Origin: Octopus sinensis
Taxonomy: Eukaryota
Direction of reading: 5' to 3'
Length of the DNA: 35,168 nt
Assembly (NCBI RefSeq): GCF_006345805.1
Contig: NW_021833198.1
Span: forward strand, 1-35,168
The translations under genes were made by a program, and so were the position numbers. The notes under the pieces were generated by a model. That model worked only from the letters and a program-made list of their open reading frames with translations, did no database searches and had not been told where the DNA came from. The stretch's first letter is position 1; the number at the start of each line of letters is the position of its first letter. Below are positions 13,238 through 24,221 of this stretch, in pieces.

Positions 13238-13467
13238 TGAGGGCGCGTTGGCTTAGTGGTTAGGGCATTCGGCTCATGATCGTAAGGGTGTGATTCGATT
13301 CCCGGCGACGCGTTGTGTCCTTTGACAAGACACTTTATTTCACGTTGCTGCCAGTCCACTCAGCTGGCAAAAATGATTGTACTTGTATTGTCAAGGGTCA
13401 GCCTTGTCACTCTCTGTGTCACGCTGATTATCCCCGAGAACTACGTTAAGGGTACACGTGTCTGTGG
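13238..13467 (+). mobile_element. CORE-like tRNA SINE (second family) with a 12-bp flanking direct repeat
   Basis: A box tggcttagtggttagg, B box gattcgattccc, CORE-like ttgtgtcctttgacaagacacttt; tggctgtacgcg at 13224-13235 and 13465-13476. Confidence 0.85.
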
Positions 13468-13758
13468 CTGTACGCGTGTTGGAGTGCTAGTGCTGGTGGT
13501 GGTGGTGGTGGTGGTGGATGTAGACCACCTGTGAATCTGACCAAACAGACCCTTACAACGAAACACTGCATGTTCTGTCCCCTGCCACTCAACCCTAGCC
13601 GCTCAAAAGACCTCACGAAGTTCCGTTAGAACGTAAAGAGCTGTACAGAGAACTGGGAAACGGTTGTATAAGCATATGTTTCGAAGAATCGAAGCATCTA
13701 CCAAGCAGATGTCTGCAAAAAGCCCTTCCGCCCAAATATCGTCCTGTCGTTTTTAAGC

Positions 13759-13801
<43 letters not shown>

Positions 13802-13981
13802 TAGAAATAACACGATAAGGTGGTGGTGTGTTGTCAACTTAATGTGACAGTCCCATGAAAGGGATGAATACTAGTGCTATTTAGCCCTGGGAAGCACCGC
13901 TTCCTGTTGGCCTTGACACATTTCCTGTGTCCTTATGTTTACGAAGGGGGAGATAAGTACCACCACCCAGCAAAGCCAGCA

Positions 13982-14021
13982 TTCAGAGACTAGTTTCTGA
14001 GTCATTGCTCATCAGTCTGAA
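13982..14021 (-). ncRNA. Minimal type I hammerhead ribozyme motif
   Basis: Minus strand: ttcaga-CTGATGA-gcaatgactca-GAAA-ctag-TC-tctgaa; perfect 6-bp helix I, palindromic helix III (actagt), GUC cleavage triplet, weak helix II. Confidence 0.7.
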
Positions 14022-14107
14022 GTAGCAGTGAATGTATGTATGTAAGTATGTATGTATGTATGTATGTATGTATGTATGTATGTATGTATGTATGTATGTA
14101 TGTATGT

Positions 14108-14292
14108 ATTTTTTCAACAATTTTTTCCTCTGTCTTCCCTTCTCGGCATCTTTCCTTCTCCTTTGTTTCCGACGAAGAGAGCCGCTCGAAACGTTAAACC
14201 CTCATTCCCTTCTTTCCTGGGCGTCAAATAATACTTTTATTGTTCCACGTCCTCGCGTTGCTGTGTTTTTTTCTGTGTTTTCTTGTTTGGAT

Positions 14293-14297
<5 letters not shown>
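14108..14297 (+). mobile_element. Short Penelope/retrozyme-like element with a hammerhead motif at 14165-14199
   Basis: gttt-CCGACGA-a-gag-agccg-ctc-GAAA-cg-TT-aaac; flanked by (TATG)n and (TA)n. Confidence 0.72.
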
Positions 14298-14367
<70 letters not shown>

Positions 14368-14391
14368 CTGTTTCTTGATATATATATATAT

Positions 14392-14482
14392 CAATTTGAA
14401 CTCAGAACGTAGCGGCAGACTAAATGCCACTAAGCATTTCGCTCGTCGGACGTGATAACGTTTCTGCCAGCTTGCCGCCTTA
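14392..14482 (-). mobile_element. Meta-domain-like SINE head fragment
   Basis: Reverse complement aaggcggcaagctggcagaaacgtta...aaatgcttagtggcattt...gttctgagttcaaatt. Confidence 0.8.
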
Positions 14483-14512
14483 ATGATAATAATAATAATA
14501 AATAATAATAAT

Positions 14513-14776
14513 ATTAAATGCGCCCTTTTAAAGCCTGGCCAGGCTCATGGGCCCGGTTTCTCGGTTTCAATGGCGTATGTGTGTGTCCCCCCCCCCAGCT
14601 GGTCGGGTGGCCAGTCCATCGCAGCGTTACTAATTTTTGCCAACTGAGTGGACTAGAGCAACGTGAAATGAAGTGTTTTGCTCAAGAACACAACGCGTCG
14701 CCTTGTCCAGGAATCGAAACCACAATCTTACAGTCATGATACTGACACCCTAACCACTAAGCCACGCGCCCCCCAC
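14513..14776 (-). mobile_element. Chimeric SINE: tRNA/CORE head of the 13238 family joined to the V-like tail of the 1797/16231 family, inserted in (AAT)n
   Basis: 14632-14776 matches 13240-13376; 14513-14632 matches 16428-16535. Confidence 0.85.
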
Positions 14777-14816
<40 letters not shown>

Positions 14817-16030
14817 GTGATAACGATAATAATAATGGTGATAACGATAGTAATAACAATGATAATAATGATAACAATAATGATAATAATAAGAAGATGA
14901 ATAAAGCAATAACTATGAAAGCATTCTCTGATGAAGATACATGCCTAACTCAATGGCATATTTCTTCTTTGTGTCCCGTCCCGTCCCCCTCCCCCAACCC
15001 CCCGCGAGGCCACATTAACAAACTTTAATCATACAACATTTGATATAAAAAAAAAAATTCCTTGTTGAGAAACATGACCAATTTTTACTCGACGGAACCA
15101 CAGACTCTCAAAAATTGCCTTCGAGTAACTAGGAAACCTCCACTCCTGCCCCCTCCACCGCTAAGGGGGAAGTAGTGGGCGTGGCCAATTCTAAGACGAC
15201 GAAGAGGGTTATTTTTTATGTATTATTATTTTTTAATTTTTTATTTTTGTTATGTGTGTACAGAACAACGACGCTGGAAGGTGAAAGAAAGGGACTGAAT
15301 TTCCGAAAACTTTTTCATCACGCTCCATCTCTCCCTCCTACAATCTCACTTCCCTTTTTTTTTTCTTTCTACCACTTGCTCTCTCTCTCTCTCTCCTCTC
15401 TCTCTCTCCCTCTCTCGTGCTAGTTCTATGTCTTTCTCTCCCTTTCTTTCTTTCTTTCTTTCTTTGCCTCCGTTTGGCATTAAAGAAAAAGGCCTCGTTC
15501 ACTCCCTCTTGTAAAACGCCTTGCGGCGACGCACACGGTTACGATATAACTTCCCGTGACGCCGTTTTTTCTGGCATTATACGTTTCACAGGGCTAGGAT
15601 TGCTATCCGTGCCCCTACTGTCCCTCTCCGGAAGAAAGCCTTCTTCATTCCTCCTCCCTCTCTCCCTCTCCCCCTTCTCCCCCTCTCTCTATCTATCTTT
15701 CTGTCTGTCTCTCTTTCTATCTCTCGCTCGCTCTCACGTTTTTTTTATTTCTTTTGCATCGCTCCAGTGTTCCATTCGATTCTGCGTGTTAACATAACAC
15801 TTCTCAACGTGACAGTCCTACGGCTGCCGCTAATTAGGGCTCTGTACCACCTGGCGGTTCCCTATTTAGGGCAAGAATGGACTCGCCCGTTATGAGCTGA
15901 AATCACAACCAGGAAGTCGACATGGGACCGGTAACAAGTTATCGCCTCCTACTTCGGCCATTCCGTGCATTTTGCACTTGGTCATACGACACGCAAGCAC
16001 CTTGCAGTCATCCATGTGGCACGCATTCTG

Positions 16031-16143
16031 CACTCAGCCATCTGACACTCAGAATCCTGAAGTCAGCCCTCTGAGCCACGTGGCACTCAGTCATATGACG
16101 CTCAATCATGTGACACTCAGACATCTAGTGCTCAGTCCTCGAA
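16031..16143 (+). repeat. Degenerate 15-bp minisatellite (cactcagNCANNTGR)
   Basis: Units start at 16031, 16046, 16069, 16084, 16099, 16114 and 16129. Confidence 0.7.
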
Positions 16144-16230
16144 CACCTTAGGCGTCCTACGGGTCCAGATAAGACATTTCAAGGTTCACGCAAGCAAAAT
16201 TGTAAATTGGGGGCCCCCAATTGTAAAACA

Positions 16231-16553
16231 GTGGAGGCTCAATGGCCCAGTGGTTAGGGCACGGACTCGCGGTCGGAGGATCGCGGTTTCGATTCCCAGA
16301 CGAGGTGTTGTGTGTGTTTATTGAGCGAAAACACCTAAAAGCTCCACGAGGCTCCGGCAGGGGTGGTGGTGACCCCTGTTGTACTATTTCGCCCCAACTT
16401 TCTCTCACTCTTTTTTCCTGTTTCTTGAGTAACGCTGCGATGGACTGGCGTCCCGTCCAGCTGGGGGGAACACATACGCCATAGAAACCGGGAAAACCGG
16501 GCCCATGAGCCTGGCTAGGCTTGAAAAGGGAGCATAAATATATAAATAAATAA
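16231..16553 (+). mobile_element. tRNA-derived SINE with V-domain-like tail, full length
   Basis: Near-identical to 1797-2115; imperfect flanking repeat aattgtaaaaca / aattgtatataaca. Confidence 0.9.
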
Positions 16554-16655
16554 ATTGTATATAACAAGGGCTCATGAAAAATGTTTTGGGTAAGACGTAT
16601 TTATTGTAAGAATCGGCTAAATTTCTTTCTCTCACGTTTTACGCTGTTCAACCAA

Positions 16656-17232
16656 CACAAGTTAATGTGCGACAAACAAAATAGGAATTTTGAAAAAGGT
16701 ATCTATAAAACGAGTTTTTAAACATTGACTGGCTATAAGGGGACCACCAGAACAAAATAGTAATCAAAGGTCTCCATAGATAAAAAAAAAATTATTGAGA
16801 ACTCCTGATTTATAGGAAAAGCCGGGGGTTCAAACCTGGATTTAAAGAAAAAGCCGTGAGTTTAGCCTACACAAGTCAATGTGTGATAGGCAACATAGCA
16901 ATTGTAACAGAAATATCTATATAACAAGTTCTTAAACATCGACTGGCTATAAGAGGACCACCAGAATAAGATAGTAATCAAAGGGGTCCAGAGATAAAAA
17001 AAAAAAACAACGATTGAGAACCCTTGATTTATAGGACAAGCCGGGAGTTCAACCCGTGATTTAAAGGAAAAGCCGGGAATTCAACCTACACAAGTCAATG
17101 TGTGATAAGCAACATAGGAATTGTAATAGATGTTTTTAAACAATACATGGTTATAGGGGTCCACCAGAATGAAAAAATAAATAGAGGGGCCCATAGATGA
17201 AAAAAGAAAAATGGCTGCGACTCACTGGTTTA
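16656..17232 (+). repeat. Diverged tandem triplication (period 214-219 bp) containing a hAT-MITE-like end
   Basis: cacaagtyaatgtg at 16656, 16870 and 17089; each unit has ggaccaccagaa...ggtccatagataaaaaa...ttgagaacyc(c/t)tg, resembling a CAGGGGTTCTCAA-type terminus. Confidence 0.8.
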
Positions 17233-17249
17233 GCTGAACAAAGAGCCTC

Positions 17250-17400
17250 CAGTACCTGTCTTAAAGCCTGACACTTACTTCATCGATGTCTTTACCGAAC
17301 CGCTAAGCTACGTAGCTTAGTGTAAAAGTAGCTTAGCGTAAACGTAAACAAAACAACACCGATTCTTGAGTGGTGGTTGAGAAACACACACACACACATA
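17250..17400 (-). mobile_element. Degenerate CORE-like SINE fragment of the 19035 family
   Basis: ccgaaccgctaag...acgtaaac...aacaccgatt matches the reverse complement of 19260-19345. Confidence 0.6.
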
Positions 17401-17921
17401 CACAGAGGGTAACAGAAAAGGGATGGTAGAGACAGAAAAGGAGGGAGAGGGGAACAATGGTGGTGTTGGTGGTTGTGGTGTTGATGGTGGAAGCGGTGGA
17501 GGGGGTACTGGTTGAAGTAGTGATGATGATGATGATGACGATGAGATCCCTTAAGTTCTAGAAAACACTGAAGTTATGAAAAGAAATAATGAAGTAATGT
17601 GTTGTGGGTGGCCCTGGACGGATTAAAGCGAGAACAATTGAGATTAAAAGATTATTGAGATTGCATGTCAGTTGATAATCTCTCAACTAATTGGTTTCAC
17701 TCAGTCACCCTGCTAAAACACACATTGGTACCACACACGCAAACACATACACACACACGCCACAAACACCACACACACACACACACACGTGGGTACGTAT
17801 GTATAGGTGTATACATATGTGAATAAATACAGACAAAATACATATATGTAAAGTATATGTTTATTAAATTTTTGCCCGGAGAAATTGATAGTGACTTCGA
17901 AATTTCAGCTTGCTTGCTTAC

Positions 17922-18246
17922 GTCAGACTCTTGTATGATCATCTGTATGACTTTTTTCTTCTTCTTCGTAACGCATGTTATGCACTCAATACTGGGTTCC
18001 GTTCTTTCACCGTAGCTGTTTTGTGTATGCTAAGGCCATCATCTTCACTAACTGGATATTTGTTAACTTGTGAGATGTTTTCCTTTTATAAAGCTCCTCC
18101 GATGCAACAGGGCTCTGTAACCTTAGGTTGAGGAGTAAAGAGAGGTTCGTGGTGTGTACTGGGAGTTCTCATTCTGTGTCCAATCACAAGGATCATTTAG
18201 AAAAGGGGCCTCTGAACAGCGAGCTGCAGACTAGTACCGGGTCACA
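17922..18246 (-). other. Candidate spliced exon (5' UTR or lncRNA)
   Basis: Acceptor tttctttttttgtatttcAG| at 18247 and donor gac|GTAAGC at 17921 bracket non-repetitive sequence; stops in all three frames. Confidence 0.4.
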
Positions 18247-18308
18247 CTGAAATACAAAAAAAAGAAATTTAAATTTCATTACTTAGCAGAGATATTTTAC
18301 ATTATATA

Positions 18309-18705
18309 TCTTTATATATAAAAGTGAAGTTGTGTGTCTGTCTCCTACGATTTAGATTCCTAACTACTCCCACATTTTGCGGTCCAGTTTAACCAAAACC
18401 GGGTATCTTATAGTCGTGATTCATACCGAGCCCTTCTGGGTATTAGCGCGCGTCTACGATGAGTCTACGATTAAAAAAAAAAATTACCATCATTTTTTCC
18501 ATTTTAATGCATTTTTTTCGATATTATATAAGGGCAGTAACTCTCTAAAAATGTCTATGATGAGTCAACGATTTAAAAAAAATTTACCATCGTTTTTTTT
18601 CCATTTTTAATGCATTTTTTTGCTATTTTTTGGCTATAACTCTCTAAAAATGCTTACATAGTTATTTCCCTTACAAACCCGAGCAACACCGGGCGATACT
18701 GCTAG
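18309..18705 (+). mobile_element. Non-autonomous Helitron (~397 bp)
   Basis: A|TC 5' end (tctttatatataaaag), subterminal hairpin cccg-agcaacac-cggg at 18678-18693, CTAG|T 3' end, no TSD, internal ~100-bp tandem duplication. Confidence 0.88.
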
Positions 18706-18735
18706 TATATTATATATGCAATGTATATTTATTAT

Positions 18736-18925
18736 AAGGCGGTGAGCTGGCAGAAACGTTAGCACGCGGGGCGAAATGCTTAGTGGTATTTCGTATGTAT
18801 TTACGTTCTGAGTTCAAATTCCGCCGTGGTCGGCTTTGCTTTCATCTTTTCGGAGTCGATAAATTAAGTACCAGTAGCGTACTGGGGTCGATAAATTAAA
18901 TACCAGGTACGTACTGGTGTCGATC
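18736..18925 (+). mobile_element. Meta-domain-like tRNA SINE, 3' truncated
   Basis: High similarity to 11675-11835; gtcgataaattaa.taccag duplicated. Confidence 0.88.
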
Positions 18926-19034
18926 ACCGGATGCAGTTTAACACCCAGGACAAAGATTATATCCTCCATTGTTATCAAAGATGTCATTGTCTATCTAAGA
19001 TCACATCATCCATTATGTCGTTCCCCTTTTTAAT

Positions 19035-19447
19035 AAGGAGTGGCTGTGTGGTAAGTAGCTTGTTTACCGGCCACATGGTTCCGGGTTCAGTCCCACTGCG
19101 TGGCACCTTGGGCAAGTGTCTTCTACTATAGCCTCGGGCCGACCAAAGCCTTGTGAGTGGATTTGGTAGACGGAAACTGAAAGAAGCCCGTCGTATATAT
19201 GTATATATATATATATGCGTGTGTGTGTTTGTGTGAGTGTGTTTGTCCCCCTAGCATTGCTTGACAACCGATGCTGGTGTGTTTATGTCCCCGTTACTTA
19301 GCGGTTCGGCAAAAGAGACCGATAGAATAAGTACTGGGCTTACAAAAGAATAAGTCCCGGGGTCGAGTTGCTCGATTAAAGGCGGTGCTCCAGCATGGCC
19401 GCAGTCAAATGACTGAAACAAGTAAAAGAGTAAAGAGTAAAAGAGAG
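19035..19447 (+). mobile_element. CORE-like tRNA SINE, near full length (octopus OR-type by recall)
   Basis: A box tggctgtgtggtaag, B box gggttcagtccc, CORE-like accttgggcaagtgtctt, internal (TA)(TG) tract, tail ggcggtgctccagcatggccgcag...tgaaac and (gtaaaaga)n end. Confidence 0.92.
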
Positions 19448-19689
19448 TATGTGATATTTGAGGGATATTTGACTGCTGTTTCTAGCGGTTTCGATTACCT
19501 CCTAGAAACTCAGAGACCGCCTCGTTGTTGCCTGCAAGAATTTGTTAAACTCACCAAGAAAATTATACACGCTTCAATGTGGTTGTTGCTTTAGACTAAG
19601 TCACGCCTCATTGAACAGATTTATGATCAAAGGTTTCCCAACCGTGACCACACCACCTTAGCAACAACAGCAGCAGCAGTAGCAGTAGT

Positions 19690-19750
<61 letters not shown>

Positions 19751-19996
19751 ACAGCAGAAGCAGCTGCCTGCCAGCGGTACCGGCAAGACGAGATGCGCCT
19801 CACGTCTGTTTGATAAAAGCTGTTTTCTCCAAAACGCCGTTCACTCCTCAATAAAAATCTCTTCCAAATGAAAACAACAAAAACCTTATTTTCTAAAGGG
19901 TCCATACTTTGATCTGTAAATTTACACTCTTCTTTCAAATGCACTCAATCCTGCTTTTTATACACTCGTCACTCCTATTTGCGATACTCATGTATG

Positions 19997-20045
<49 letters not shown>

Positions 20046-20224
20046 ATGTGTGTTATTTATACGTGGACGTATGTATTTATGGGTGAAGCAGGCTACGTTT
20101 AATTCAGCAGTCATGCATGTAAATGTGAATACAACACACACACACACAAATACACACACGCACACACGCACACACACACACATACACACACATACACACA
20201 CAACCACACACACACAAGTAATCG

Positions 20225-20332
20225 CGGAGCAACGTGAAAAGAAGTATTATCTTAAATACAACGCACCACCCGGTTCAGAAATTGAAAGCATGGTCTTGCA
20301 AGCAACACTGTAACCATTAGGCCACTCGCCCT
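20225..20332 (-). mobile_element. Degenerate tRNA/CORE SINE head
   Basis: Reverse complement gggcgagtggcctaatggttacag...tttcaatttctg...gcgttgtat...ttttcacgttgctcc. Confidence 0.6.
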
Positions 20333-20492
20333 TGATGTATGTGTGTGTGTGTGTATATAAATTACCCTGAAGTATTACGTAATAATCTTTAGTTGACTAC
20401 ATATGAATATATATATGCAAAGAAAAAAAATGCTCAGAGTAACTTCCAAGTTTCAGTTTTGTCGCATTTATTCGTTTGATGTGTATACATTT

Positions 20493-20545
<53 letters not shown>

Positions 20546-20652
20546 GTATAAAAATATTTATGAATATATGTATGTATACATATATAAACGTATATGAATG
20601 TATGTATGTATATATGTAAATATGTATAAACATATGTATGAATGTATGTATG

Positions 20653-20730
<78 letters not shown>

Positions 20731-20807
20731 ATATTTATGAATGTATGTATATATGTATAAACGTATGTATGAATGTATGTATGTATATATGTATAAATGT
20801 ATGAATG

Positions 20808-20854
<47 letters not shown>

Positions 20855-20864
20855 ATATATATAT

Positions 20865-20866
<2 letters not shown>

Positions 20867-20943
<77 letters not shown>

Positions 20944-20952
20944 TAGATAGAT
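20867..20952. repeat. (GATA)n microsatellite within a long (TA)/(TATG) field spanning ~20490-21120
   Basis: Directly visible. Confidence 0.95.
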
Positions 20953-20989
20953 ACAGAAACATATGTATAAACATGTATGAATGTATGAG

Positions 20990-21029
<40 letters not shown>

Positions 21030-21078
21030 TAGTCACAGAAACATATGTATAAATGTATGCACATATGGGTACACACAT

Positions 21079-21120
<42 letters not shown>

Positions 21121-21815
21121 ATAATATTCATGTATATTCAAAACGTATTTATGCAAATGTGTGTGTGTGTATATGCGTGCAAGTATTCATGAATGCATAT
21201 ACTTACATATAAACATACAGACTTATGTACATGAGCGTGCGGTTATAATCGCTCTTATACATGTGTGCGTGTGACTTTATGACTTCAGTACGTGCGAGTG
21301 TGCGTGCCAGTGTATGTGCGAGTGTGCGTGCCTGTGTATGTGCGAGTGTAGGACTGAATGTGCGTGCGTATGTACACGAAGCTATAGTTTACAACTAGTA
21401 AATGTCAGGCGAATGTATAAAATCAAGTAGCTAGAATCCTTTTCAGTAAGCTTGTTGTAACATTGATCTTTTGCCTATCGAATCCAGATGTAATCCTTGT
21501 GTTTCCCAGTGGTGCAGTAACTGTCAGCTCCGGCCAAACGGAAAAATAGCTTATTCTGTGTAAGCCAGAGAAAGTAAAATATACAAGAAACAAATCTGTT
21601 ACATATAAAACGATCGTTAATGCAAAAGAAGGAAAGAGAGAGGAAAAAAGAAAAGCGACAGTGAAGACGGCAGATGGGGCGAAGGGCAGTTAAGTTAGAC
21701 GAGAGATGAGATGAGGAATAAAGGAAAGTTAAAAGGTGGGGCGGAGTGGGGTGTATTGACATAAAGAACAATGACATGAGGGGAGAGGGTGACGTGGGGG
21801 ATATAAGGAGATAGT

Positions 21816-21847
<32 letters not shown>

Positions 21848-22140
21848 AAGAAGATGAGGAGGAGAGTTTTGAGAGACTAGAAGAGAATGTTAGTGGAGAT
21901 ATATTTAACGACAAAGTGGCGTAAAGAGAGAAAAGGTAAAAATTGAAGAGTTGGTGGTCGAACAGGGAAAAGATGACTAGTCGGGAATACGTGTGTGTGT
22001 GTGTGTTTATACACACACACACACAGACATATATATATATACATATATATATAGGCGTATGTACAGATACATATATATATATGCTCATATGTATTTATAG
22101 ATATGTATACACACATATATACTTCATTATGTGTATATAT

Positions 22141-22149
<9 letters not shown>

Positions 22150-22174
<25 letters not shown>

Positions 22175-22334
22175 CACACATGTATACAAACATACAGATA
22201 CGTGAGTGTGTATGAATATATACATATACATATATATATAATGTGTGTGTGCGTGTGTACATACATACATACTTACAAACATACATGCAAATAGACATAC
22301 AGAACGACCAAAAGAATTGTATTCTGTGTGTGTG

Positions 22335-22390
<56 letters not shown>

Positions 22391-22715
22391 TATCCATTCA
22401 CAACCCAATTTTGGAACTGACCACTACGCTACCAGACAGAACGTTGTGGTCATAGATATTGACTAACCGGCTGGTTAACCAGACTAATATTTGACCACAA
22501 ATAATCGATCGTAGAGAGAAGACAGCAGAGGCTGATAGTGAGTACCATTCACTTTCGTGAGCCTTGACTTTGATGTCTGCTGTACATAAATAATACTACG
22601 GCTCGGTGAGGTGTTACGTGGATGTTTGTCAGGTTAATAGTATTCTTTAGGTGTTTTATGCGTTGCCTCATAAAGATACGTATATATATGTATACATATA
22701 TATACATAAATACAG

Positions 22716-22797
<82 letters not shown>

Positions 22798-22957
22798 CAC
22801 ACATGTATACAAACATACAGATACGTGAGTGTGTATGAATATATACATATACATATATATATAATGTGTGTGTGCGTGTGTACATACATACATACTTACA
22901 AACATACATGCAAATAGACATACAGAACGACCAAAAGAATTGTATTCTGTGTGTGTG

Positions 22958-23023
<66 letters not shown>

Positions 23024-23352
23024 TATCCATTCACAACCCAATTTTGGAACTGACCACTACGCTACCAGACAGAACGTTGTGGTCATAGATATTGACTAAC
23101 CGGCTGGTTAACCAGACTAATATTTGACCACAATAATCGATCGTAGAGAGAAGACAGCAGAGGCTGATAGTGAGTACCATTCACTTTCGTGAGCCTTGAC
23201 TTGATGTCTGCTGTACATAAATAATACTACGGCTCGGTGAGGTGTTACGTGGATGTTTGTCAGGTTAATAGTATTCTTTAGGTGTTTTATGCGTTGCCTC
23301 ATAAAGATACGTATATATATGTATACATATATATACATAAATACAGACATAC

Positions 23353-23370
<18 letters not shown>
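22150..23370 (+). repeat. Near-perfect direct tandem duplication, unit ~625-633 bp
   Basis: gtatccattcacaacccaattttggaactgacc at 22390 and 23023; visible differences are only homopolymer and microsatellite lengths. Confidence 0.95.
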
Positions 23371-23410
<40 letters not shown>

Positions 23411-23710
23411 ATATATACCTAGAGAGAGATACAGATGTATATACCTTCATACGCGTATATATGCATACACACATTTATGTGCACGTATGTATGTGTGGGT
23501 GTGCATTTACTTATATGTTTATACATACATACACATACACACACACACACATATATATACATACATACGCATATATTTATATATATACATATACGTGTAT
23601 ATATGTATATATAAGTAATTATGTATAAATACATGTATATATACATATATATATCTAGTTTATATACGTATATTTGTGTAATTATATGTATATAAATATA
23701 TATTTATAAG

Positions 23711-23741
<31 letters not shown>

Positions 23742-24221
23742 TGTGTGTGTGTGTGTGTGTAAGCATCTATGTATAAATACAAATTTTCAATGGAAACTTA
23801 GAGATTCTCCGACTACTACTATCACCACTGCATCACCATCACCACCATCACCACTACCACTACCACCACTATCACGACTACCACTGCCACCGCCATCACC
23901 AGCACCTCCATCACCACTGCTACCATCACCACCACCATCACCACCACTACTACCATCATCACCATTGCCATCACCACCAGCATCTTTACCTTCACTACCA
24001 CCGCCATTATTTTGTAAAACATGAAATTCTATCTAAATTTACTTCAGAATTAATTCTTTTTAATGAGATTTCGTTTTTAATTAAGAAATTCAGATATTAA
24101 AAAAAATACTATTTAGCTAAATAAAAATATTTCTCGTCAGAAATTTCATAAGAACTTAGCATTAGATTATGGTGCTGTAATAAAATTATTATGTTTTTTA
24201 ATACGGATTAATTAAGTTTTT

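Noticed and set aside
16031-17232. CRISPR-like regularly spaced repeats
   Set aside because: Eukaryotic context, degenerate tandem units without unique spacers, no cas genes
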